28,134 nucleotides of DNA, from NCBI GenBank assembly GCA_004524445.1, contig SDNP01000035.1, positions 1 through 28,134 of the forward strand, in the 5' to 3' direction. Numbering within the stretch: position 1 is the stretch's first letter; every line of letters begins with the position of its first letter. A program made the translations under genes and the position numbers. The stretch comes from Candidatus Thorarchaeota archaeon (lineage in GTDB: Archaea > Asgardarchaeota > Thorarchaeia > Thorarchaeales > Thorarchaeaceae). Shown piece after piece: positions 15,825 to 24,009 of the stretch. The notes beneath the pieces were generated by a model that saw only the letters and a program-made list of their open reading frames with translations, did not search any database and was not told the DNA's origin.

Positions 15825-17863
15825 TGGCAATGCGTAGACGGCATGGAAGAGGACAGCAAGATAACAAGCGGTCCAGGCCTGTGAGAGTCCTACTTGGAAG
15901 AATGATAGATTATCTTGGAGAATTCAAGAGGATAGTAGCCATTGGAGCTATATTCTCCATACTAGGAACCGCTGTTGCAGTCTTCGACCCCCTTGCATTG
16001 AAATGGGGAATAGACGCGGTGGGTTTGCAGAATACAGAACTCGCTGTTTTATTTGGGCTAGTCGGCCTTTATGTACTCCTTAAGGTTGTATCGTGGGCGC
16101 TAAATGGAGCGAATGTATGGATCTTGGCGGAGGCACAGGCAGGATTCACGCAGACAGTCCAGTCAGATGTTTACGACCATCTCGTAAAGGCAGATCTCTC
16201 ATACCATAAATCGGAACAAAGTGGAAATGTGACATCAAGGGTCACATCGGATACAGATAGTCTTACGATTGGAATACAAATCATAATCGATTTTGCAAGC
16301 CAAGCCCTCATGTTTGTGTCTACATTCCTACTCCTCTGGTTTGTTTCACCCACTATTGCAGTGACGTCACTTGTCGTTGTGCCAGGAGTGGCTCTGATTG
16401 CAGTACTATTTGGTACAGTTGGCCAAAGAATAATGCTAGAATCCCAACGGGCATATGGCCGGGTTTCAGGTCAGATTGCAGAGAGTCTTGCAGGCATACA
16501 TGTTGCCAAAGCATTCAATCGAGAAGATGAGCTAGCTGAAGAAATGTGTGAGCTTAACGAGGAAGCTTACCACCATGGCTCCAAGTTCATGATTCTGATG
16601 AGTGCAATGCAACCTCTGATGCGCGGGATTGGTCAGTTTGCAGTTGCAGCACTACTCTTTGTTGGGGGCACTTTGGCTGTGGGAACATTACCTCTACTTT
16701 CTGTATCAGATGTTTTTCTAGGCATCATCCTTGTGAACAGACTCATGTGGCCGCTGCTCATACTTACTATGATGGCATCCCAGCTTCAAGCATCCCTTGC
16801 CGCAATGGATAGAATATCTGATGTGATCGAATCAAAACGGGCTATTGATGACAAGCCAGATGCAAAACCACTCAAAGAGGAAAATGATGGAATATATTTT
16901 GAGGATGTCACATTCGAATATGTTGAAGACACACCCGTACTGAAAGATGTCACATTCCGAGTCAAGCCAGGCAAAACCGTAGCCATTGTTGGTCATACTG
17001 GGGCAGGAAAAACTACTGTTGCTGCTCTCATCAATCGGTTCTATGACCCAACAAAAGGACGAATTCTGATCGGAAACCAGGACCTGAGAGATATCACACT
17101 AGAATCTCTACATGATAATGTATCCCTCATTCCACAGGAGCCATACCTTTTCGATGGGACAATAATCGAGAATATCCGATATGGAAAACCAGGAGTATCG
17201 AGAAAGAAAATCATTGAGCTTTGCAAGATTATAGGGGCAAATGAGTTTATTGAAGTCCTTGCTGAGGGTTACGATTCGAGGGTATATGAGAGTGGAAAGA
17301 ACCTAAGTGCGGGACAACGGCAAATGATAACCATTGCACGAACTATGCTCGCGGATCCAAAAATACTAATTCTAGACGAAGCCACGAGCAGACTAGATGC
17401 ATACAGCGAGTCACTTGTACAAGACGCTCAGGATAAGCTCTTTGCAGGAAGAACAACTGTAGTCATAGCACATCGGCTGACAACCATTGCCAACGCTTCA
17501 AGAATCCTCGTATTCGAAGAAGGGGAAATAATTGAACGGGGCACCCACGAAGAACTCTTAGCTCAAGATGGCAAGTTCAGATCCCTCTATGAAACATATT
17601 ATGTACATCAGGGTATTGATGAAATCACGGAAGAGATTGCACACAGGGCAGGGGACGAAATTTCCAAGGAAGATGCAGGAAAGGCAGTTGCCGCAGGTCA
17701 GAGTATGATGGCCATGATAAGCGGAAGTGGAGAGAGCGGAAAGAAGATGCGTGACCTCCCTGAGGAGATTCCTCCAGAGATTCTTGAGCAAATGAAGGAA
17801 AACATTGATGAATTACCACCGCACATTAGGGATGCTATCAAGAGAAGTAGAGATGAAACCTGA
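15824..17863 (+). CDS. heterodimeric ABC exporter subunit 2 (TMD+NBD, canonical catalytic residues)
   Basis: GHTGAGKT, LSAGQRQ, ILDEATS and IAHRL. TAATG stop-start overlap with subunit 1. Confidence 0.93.
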   Translation: MAMRRRHGRGQQDNKRSRPVRVLLGRMIDYLGEFKRIVAIGAIFSILGTAVAVFDPLALKWGIDAVGLQNTELAVLFGLVGLYVLLKVVSWALNGANVWILAEAQAGFTQTVQSDVYDHLVKADLSYHKSEQSGNVTSRVTSDTDSLTIGIQIIIDFASQALMFVSTFLLLWFVSPTIAVTSLVVVPGVALIAVLFGTVGQRIMLESQRAYGRVSGQIAESLAGIHVAKAFNREDELAEEMCELNEEAYHHGSKFMILMSAMQPLMRGIGQFAVAALLFVGGTLAVGTLPLLSVSDVFLGIILVNRLMWPLLILTMMASQLQASLAAMDRISDVIESKRAIDDKPDAKPLKEENDGIYFEDVTFEYVEDTPVLKDVTFRVKPGKTVAIVGHTGAGKTTVAALINRFYDPTKGRILIGNQDLRDITLESLHDNVSLIPQEPYLFDGTIIENIRYGKPGVSRKKIIELCKIIGANEFIEVLAEGYDSRVYESGKNLSAGQRQMITIARTMLADPKILILDEATSRLDAYSESLVQDAQDKLFAGRTTVVIAHRLTTIANASRILVFEEGEIIERGTHEELLAQDGKFRSLYETYYVHQGIDEITEEIAHRAGDEISKEDAGKAVAAGQSMMAMISGSGESGKKMRDLPEEIPPEILEQMKENIDELPPHIRDAIKRSRDET

Positions 17864-17875
17864 TGGGTGGGATGT

Positions 17876-18646
17876 TTACACAGAAAATTCTACTTGCCGT
17901 GCAGCAATGATAGAAGCGCCTAGTAGGATATAAGACTCGCTAGCCACGATTAGGTTTAAGGCATTTAGATGAGGAAACGAGAAGAATATCCAAAACGCCA
18001 CACGAATCAGAAATAAAAGGCATCCAAATAACGCCAGCCCGATTGGTACAGCAAGATTTCCATCTCGATATGATGTGAATACTAAACCCAGTGAAACTAC
18101 GATCATTGTGAGCCCAATAGCTAGAGGGATATGAGTCAATAGATCCAGACTAAGCACGATTCCTGACATGATTAGAGAAGCACCTAGTGGAATCGCTATG
18201 ACTAGGAAAGACAAGACAAAAATAGACAGCCCGAGTTTCCTTTTCTCCAGGAACTGCATTACTTCATTCACAGCTGCAAGGTAGCTAAATACGCCCGTCA
18301 ACCAGAGGGCAACTCCAACCATTTGGAGAATGCCGGTGGAGAAATAGAAACTAGTACCATCAGATAATTGACTTATGATAAGAGCAGCGCCTTCTCCCGC
18401 AGTAAATGCGAACAGCCCAAAGGCCAGCAGAATATTCATCATGTGAAATGGATCTTCTCTGACAAGCCCATCTTCGCCAAATTGAGCTAGACCCATAATA
18501 GCTACCCCAAAGGCCGACAGCAGGGTTATTGTTGACATAATAATGCTCAGCAATGTTACCTGATCAGCAACCCAGAGGCTGAGGCCGAGAACAACTATAC
18601 CTAATGCAGCGGCAATAAATGGCAGCATTAGTTTTCTTAGTTCCAT
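17876..18646 (-). CDS. polytopic membrane protein (about 8 TM), stand-alone sensor-like membrane domain
   Basis: Eight hydrophobic segments. 'LAFGLFAFTAGE' and 'YRDGNLAVPIGLALFG' recall membrane sensor domains found N-terminal to GGDEF/His kinases. No cytoplasmic output domain. Confidence 0.7.
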   Translation of the reverse strand: MELRKLMLPFIAAALGIVVLGLSLWVADQVTLLSIIMSTITLLSAFGVAIMGLAQFGEDGLVREDPFHMMNILLAFGLFAFTAGEGAALIISQLSDGTSFYFSTGILQMVGVALWLTGVFSYLAAVNEVMQFLEKRKLGLSIFVLSFLVIAIPLGASLIMSGIVLSLDLLTHIPLAIGLTMIVVSLGLVFTSYRDGNLAVPIGLALFGCLLFLIRVAFWIFFSFPHLNALNLIVASESYILLGASIIAARQVEFSV

Positions 18647-18755
18647 ATAGATTACTAGCCTCCAAAATCGTTTTTTCAGTTTCCTTCTTCAATTTGTATA
18701 TTACTATGACACATGGCAATTTCTTTTCAAAGGTCAGATTCTTTAGTGATGCCCA

Positions 18756-19949
18756 TTATGTTGTCATCAGCTCCCACTCAATGCTATAAGCTGTATTTGG
18801 AAAATTCCTTCTTAATTGATTCCTCGACAAGGAGAGTATTTGGTTGACGACAGTGGATCCTGTCAGGCTCGCCACTCTTTTGGTGATGAATTGCATCAGC
18901 GCACGATAGCCATCTCGAAGAGATTCCGGAGTGATATCGCCCTTCACTGCGGCTGATGAGAGGGAGCTCTTTACCTCGACATCAACAGTGTCCTCAAGGC
19001 TGATGAAAACCAACCACGGATAAGCACCCTTTAGAGCCTTTTGCGATGCAAGAAACACATCTCGGGCCTTGGCATACCCTATAATGCTTGCAGATTTATC
19101 AAGAATACTCTGAAGGGCGTGTGAATTCATTACGAGTGCTGCTTGAGCCTCTGAAACCGGTTCAACAGCTCTGCGTTGAGCTAATGAAGTAATATTGTCC
19201 AAGAATCTTTTCAAGTCAGAGGTTTTGATTCGTTCTGCGACTATTGATAGTGGAGTTTCACCGTCTAATACTGTCAGTAGTTCCGCAGACTCTTGGGACA
19301 TGCCATCAACTGCACGTCCAGTGCGTACAAGTGATGTCGCTTGATATATATCGTCAGGCTTCGCCGGATTGAAGATTGTTATTGCCTTTTCCCAATACGC
19401 CTTCGCAGCCAAATTCATGGCGATTTCAAGGGGCACCTCGAGAAAGTCTGCCGCATCCTCAACAGTACAGGCATCTGGGATGAGACTTAGAAATGCAACA
19501 ACATCTGGATCTTTAGTAATCATGTCCCAATTCAATTTGGGATGAATAATGCTATCTTCAGAGATTTGCTCGCGAACGAACTCCTCCCTTACCTCATTTT
19601 CAAACCGGGAGTGGATAGCCAAGTCCATATCGACGAACTCAAGCACATTGAATATCTGCTCGAATCTTTCGACCAGACCTCTGAGCTTCTGTCTAATAAG
19701 TTCAGAATCTTCAGTAGCTGAAACGGCACCCAGTGTCCATTTGCCAAATTCAACAAGGATTTTGTAATCCGTGCCTTCGAATGCTCTTGCTTGAGAATCT
19801 ATAGATCGGGTAGCCTCATTGAAGAATGAAGTCATTGCAGAGATGAATGATGATATCAAATCAGGGTCGAAGATGGATTCTGCGAATTCTTTGTGGTAAA
19901 GGCATCTTCCTGAATCCTTCTTGATGATATAGAAGCTCTTTACTTTCAT
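18756..19949 (-). CDS. longin-domain protein with tandem winged-helix domains (NPRL2-like architecture) and C-terminal helical domain
   Basis: N-terminal 'FYIIKKDSGRCLYHKEF...DPDLISSFISAMTSFFNE...LRGLVERFEQIF' is a longin pattern. Two wHTH-like segments follow. ATG 19949 has GGAG 8 nt upstream; TTG 19955 is the alternative. Confidence 0.75.
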   Translation of the reverse strand: MKVKSFYIIKKDSGRCLYHKEFAESIFDPDLISSFISAMTSFFNEATRSIDSQARAFEGTDYKILVEFGKWTLGAVSATEDSELIRQKLRGLVERFEQIFNVLEFVDMDLAIHSRFENEVREEFVREQISEDSIIHPKLNWDMITKDPDVVAFLSLIPDACTVEDAADFLEVPLEIAMNLAAKAYWEKAITIFNPAKPDDIYQATSLVRTGRAVDGMSQESAELLTVLDGETPLSIVAERIKTSDLKRFLDNITSLAQRRAVEPVSEAQAALVMNSHALQSILDKSASIIGYAKARDVFLASQKALKGAYPWLVFISLEDTVDVEVKSSLSSAAVKGDITPESLRDGYRALMQFITKRVASLTGSTVVNQILSLSRNQLRRNFPNTAYSIEWELMTT

Positions 19950-20080
19950 CCGCAATGCTCCTGATCTCTCTCCAGTAGGTTACAATTGTGAGATTTCTCT
20001 GATTATTGTACTACTGTATCGGCAAGCTGTAAGATAACATTTCATTAATCCTATAAGGAGCTTATTCGTGCAGCCCTATC

Positions 20081-20692
20081 ATGAACGATGATGAGCAGGT
20101 TGCGATGGCATGTCCTAGCTGTGGACATATGGGATTGAAAGTTCAGTCAATGATGTATAGCATCCCATTCTTCAATGAGCTTGCCATGTTCACTATGCAT
20201 TGTCCAGAATGTGGTTTTAGCCATAATGACGTATTTTCTCCTGAAGATAGAGGCCCAATGAGATGGACCCTCCGTGTCAACGAACCGGATCTTCTCAGAG
20301 CTAGGGTTGTAAGATCGGGCTCAGGCACAGTGCGATTTCCCGAATTTGGGATTGATATAGAGCCGGGCCCTTCAGCGGAGGCCTATATTTCCAATGTGGA
20401 GGGGGTTTTGGTCCGTACGCAGTCAGTTGTTGAAACTGCTACTAGGTTTGCGGATGAGGAGGAAGAAAAAGAGAAGGGTAGAGAGATTCTGAGAATGATT
20501 GATAGAGCCATTGAAGGTAATTTGGAGTTTACAATAGTAATTGAGGACCCTGCAGGAGTGAGCGGGATTCTACCTGAAGATATGAGCAAGGTGAAAAGAG
20601 AAGAGATAAGTCAAGAAGAGGCATCGAAACTAAGAGGGGGTCCAACATGGATAGATACAGCAAGAGAGGAATTTCCTGAGCGTAAGGGTTAA
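20081..20692 (+). CDS. ZPR1-type zinc finger protein (archaeal single-module form)
   Basis: CPSC...IPFF...CPECGF, RVVRS, IEPGP, YISNVEGVL and IEDPAGVS. Confidence 0.93.
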   Translation: MNDDEQVAMACPSCGHMGLKVQSMMYSIPFFNELAMFTMHCPECGFSHNDVFSPEDRGPMRWTLRVNEPDLLRARVVRSGSGTVRFPEFGIDIEPGPSAEAYISNVEGVLVRTQSVVETATRFADEEEEKEKGREILRMIDRAIEGNLEFTIVIEDPAGVSGILPEDMSKVKREEISQEEASKLRGGPTWIDTAREEFPERKG

Positions 20693-20719
20693 AACTGCTC
20701 TAACTCGTTTCAGCAATAT

Positions 20720-20796
20720 GGGCCGGTAGATTAGCCTGGTAGATCGTCTGGTTTGCATCCAGAAGGTCTCGTGTTCAAATCACGACCGGTCCACCA
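20720..20796 (+). tRNA. tRNA-Ala(TGC), intronless, CCA encoded
   Basis: Acceptor GGGCCGG/CCGGTCC with G3:U70 (Ala identity), D stem GATT/GATC, anticodon arm TCTGG-TTTGCAT-CCAGA, T arm TCGTG-TTCAAAT-CACGA, then ACCA. Confidence 0.97.
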
Positions 20797-20845
20797 TATT
20801 CCGCAGTTGCTCATTGAGAAGAAAACCAGCTTGACGGTTCCTGAT

Positions 20846-21913
20846 TTATGACATTTCGAGATACTGCTTCACTTTCGGTATCTCAACCTGAAATGAAGTT
20901 ATTTCCTTTGAAAGCTTGAATCCCAATCGCTCATTTATTGCCAACATGGGTTCATTGGATGTCGCATTGTCAGTGACTATTGTTTCGACGTCTTGAAATC
21001 GGTTTTTTATTTCGAGTAACATGGCAGCTTTCAACCATTTGCCCCTTCCATAACCACGATATTCCTCTTGAACACCAGTCAGTGCTTGACTCAAGAGAGG
21101 AACCATTGATGGAACATAGTACACATCGGTCAGTCCAGAGATGTCACCGGTAGACTCTAAAATGTAGGCAGTTAGATGAACAATACCTTGTTTATTGAAT
21201 CTCTGATGATCATCTCGCCATCGATCAGCAGTTAAAACAGTATCCCCAACTTCCAATTCATCCCTTGGAGCTTGATTAAGCACTTCGGTGTATACTTCAC
21301 AATAGCGTTCGAGGATGCTTTCTGGGATTTGAGTGGTAAATTTTATTTCTGCATCAGGGGAGCACGCTTTTCCATCAGTCTGCCACTCCTCCACCATCGA
21401 CCAATCAACATCAGACAATTCAAGGCGATATTCTCGAGATTCTAGAGCTGATTTGCCGCCCAATTTCCGGAGGAATTCCTTCCCGCCTTCGTTGAATATA
21501 GAGCCCACAAGTACACTCATTTTCCTACTCAGAGCTTCCTTGACTATGCTCTCTAGCAATTTCTTAGCTACTCCTTTCCGCTGATACTGAGGGAGTACTA
21601 CTGGTCCGCTTAGACGACAAATATGCTCGTTTCCTTCATAAGATGGAGAATCCTCTAGTAGGAAATAGATTCTTGCAAGAGCAACTAGGTTCTCATGATG
21701 CTCCTTATCAATGGCTATGTAGGAAATTGTTTCGCCTTCTTCCAGTCTGCTTTCTATAAGTGTTTCAAAGGTTGCATCATCCATAGGCGGATCATCGGGG
21801 AACAAATAAGCCCTGACATCCTTTCGAATCTCATGGTATGCAGCATAGTCGTTTTGTGTTGCCTTACGCATGTCCAATGATTTTATCTCAATTTCCAATC
21901 TCTCTTCCTCCAT
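20846..21913 (-). CDS. tandem GNAT N-acetyltransferase
   Basis: Two acetyl-CoA motifs (VLPQYQRKGVAKKL and TGVQEEYRGYGRGKWLK), plus NATSNEPMLAINERLGF. Start placed at ATG 21913. Confidence 0.9.
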   Translation of the reverse strand: MEEERLEIEIKSLDMRKATQNDYAAYHEIRKDVRAYLFPDDPPMDDATFETLIESRLEEGETISYIAIDKEHHENLVALARIYFLLEDSPSYEGNEHICRLSGPVVLPQYQRKGVAKKLLESIVKEALSRKMSVLVGSIFNEGGKEFLRKLGGKSALESREYRLELSDVDWSMVEEWQTDGKACSPDAEIKFTTQIPESILERYCEVYTEVLNQAPRDELEVGDTVLTADRWRDDHQRFNKQGIVHLTAYILESTGDISGLTDVYYVPSMVPLLSQALTGVQEEYRGYGRGKWLKAAMLLEIKNRFQDVETIVTDNATSNEPMLAINERLGFKLSKEITSFQVEIPKVKQYLEMS

Positions 21914-22093
21914 TCTCACGAATATAGTAAACATCAAATTAACATACCAATATTAAAGAATATCGATTGGTGTTTGGATTTTTTTCTCAAAATTCGCCAT
22001 ATCTCAAGTTTATTAATGAGGGTGCTTTGGTTTGTAAGTGAAGATACGTATTTTGCGTGTGTTCCCGTGAATTAGGAAGGTAAGCTGAGTATT

Positions 22094-23458
22094 ATGCCAA
22101 CGCGCAGTAGAGGACCCCTTGAAGATGATCTAGATAGAAAACCAAGAGCAGCAGTATTCTGGGATGCTGAGAATGTTACGTTTAAAGATGAGAGAAGCAT
22201 TGCTGAAGAGTTCAGAAAATGGATAGAGGACAAATATACACCTGATACACTCTTGGCATTCGCAGATTGGAATGGCCCATATAGAGATCAGGGTCGTTTG
22301 CTATACAGAATTGGGTTTGACTTGATTCACGTGCCTGACGAACTAAAGGATAGCGCAGATTGTCAAATGGCAGCTTATGCTATTGATTGGCTTCTTCGTT
22401 CTCCAAGAACCAGCACGTATATTCTGGCGTCAGGGGATGCTGTGTTTGAGCCATTGACTCTTGCTCTCCAGAAGCAAGGCAAAGAAGTTGTCGTGATTAG
22501 CAATCCTTTAACGACACGCCCTGAGACAATACTCCGCGCAGACGATTATCGAGATATCGATTCATTTAGGCCAACCATTCTAAAGCTCGAAACCATAGAA
22601 GACGAGAAAGCACAAAAGATGACTCCCGAAATGACACGAAATGTGGCGTTCAGGAGGCTACAGGAAGCTATTACAAAACTCAAGAAGCTGGGTAGGAAGA
22701 CGCCGAAAAAATACGTCAAAGCTGTCGCAGAACATCTCAATCCAGGCCTAAAAATGGGGGAAGAGGGATATGATACCTGGGAGCAAATCATTAGCAAAGC
22801 CCTATCGGAGAGACTAGTAGCTTTAGAGGGAGAAGAACCCTATGCAGAATTGGTATTGACAAAGAAGGTCGCAAAAATCTCTGAAGATGAAACAGAGAGC
22901 CTCGAAAAAATGATGCAGAAATTCCGAGATATTGTTGAAAAGATGCATGAGAGAGGCGAACATACGGGAATGGAATCTGTTGTTCATAAGGTGAGAGAAG
23001 AGAATTTAGACTATACAGAACTTGGATATAATAAATTCGGAGACTTCGCGAGAGCTGCTGAGAGCAGAGATCTCATACGTATAGTTGAGCGAGATGATAG
23101 CCCGCCAGCACTCAAGCCAGCCTATTCATTTGACAGGATGCTGGAGTGGTATCAGAATAATACCAGAAAATTCTTTGGAAAAGGTGCAAAGGTGCCTAGT
23201 GATAGGTTCATCAAACGAACACTCCGCATGCTTTACAAATATGACACAAGTATTTCTGAAATGGAGGAATATCTGAGAGACCCCGATATTCGTGAAGTCT
23301 ACAATCAAATTCTGAATGCTAGTGGATTGTCCTTTATCCCCCCATATGAACAGATTCTACTATCAATTCTCTTGGGCAAAGGATGGGGTTGTGAGAGATC
23401 AATAGAAGTAGTGAATCAGGAACTCTCACCTCTGGGCTATGAAATAGAATGCCCGTAA
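22094..23458 (+). CDS. NYN (PIN-like, LabA/DUF88) domain protein with two OST-HTH/LOTUS-like domains
   Basis: AAVFWDAENV, KDSAD and ILASGDAVFEPL, followed by 'NPGLKMGEEGYDTWEQII' and 'LDYTELGYNKFGDFARAA'. Confidence 0.85.
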   Translation: MPTRSRGPLEDDLDRKPRAAVFWDAENVTFKDERSIAEEFRKWIEDKYTPDTLLAFADWNGPYRDQGRLLYRIGFDLIHVPDELKDSADCQMAAYAIDWLLRSPRTSTYILASGDAVFEPLTLALQKQGKEVVVISNPLTTRPETILRADDYRDIDSFRPTILKLETIEDEKAQKMTPEMTRNVAFRRLQEAITKLKKLGRKTPKKYVKAVAEHLNPGLKMGEEGYDTWEQIISKALSERLVALEGEEPYAELVLTKKVAKISEDETESLEKMMQKFRDIVEKMHERGEHTGMESVVHKVREENLDYTELGYNKFGDFARAAESRDLIRIVERDDSPPALKPAYSFDRMLEWYQNNTRKFFGKGAKVPSDRFIKRTLRMLYKYDTSISEMEEYLRDPDIREVYNQILNASGLSFIPPYEQILLSILLGKGWGCERSIEVVNQELSPLGYEIECP

Positions 23459-23623
23459 TATAATGTTCAGGATCAAAAAGAACTGAGCAGAATGATTATC
23501 TAAATCTTAGAATCCACTGATGTCAAGTGTAAGAGTGCATCAACGGGTTGTGGTTGAGGCTATACTGAGGCATTCTTCCCGAAGAATTCTCACTGCAAAC
23601 AGGTTTTGTAGATACGGCACAAA

Positions 23624-23872
23624 TCAAGAAGGGCTCTCATCTTCCTTATCTCTTCTACGAGCATCACCTGGTAGGAGGCCGGGTTTATCTCCAACAGGAG
23701 AACCACTCAGACTATCATCTGGAGTACCTTCGTCAGCAAACTGCCTTGTTGTTTCCGGTTTTTGAGCAGGAATAGCTCGTTCTGTTGAAGGCGCACCTCT
23801 CCTATAGACAAGCACAATTATCAAAGCAATTGCAATGATTACGATAGAAGCTCCCAATATCAGTTCAATCAT
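23624..23872 (-). CDS. small single-pass membrane protein with disordered tail
   Basis: From ATG 23872: MIELILGASIVIIAIALIIVLVYRR (TM plus positive-inside), then a polar tail. AAGGT upstream. Confidence 0.65.
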   Translation of the reverse strand: MIELILGASIVIIAIALIIVLVYRRGAPSTERAIPAQKPETTRQFADEGTPDDSLSGSPVGDKPGLLPGDARRRDKEDESPS

Positions 23873-24009
23873 AACTCTACCTTGTTGCCCATTAAGTTTC
23901 CCAAGATATGACTCTTGTGTTAAATGATAATCTACCATCTTTATCCGCGAATATTTCGTCTAACGCCCTGATTGAGTAATATTCATTACGGGGGGTATTT
24001 TCCCCAAGA

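Noticed and set aside
13962-17863. Inactivated ABC transporter because of DD Walker B and Gln switch
   Set aside because: This is the standard degenerate/consensus asymmetry of TM287/288-type heterodimeric exporters.
23489-23576. C/D box sRNA (ATGATTA...CTGA...CTGA with short terminal stem)
   Set aside because: The C box is imperfect, no C' box is evident, it is longer than typical, and no target could be identified.
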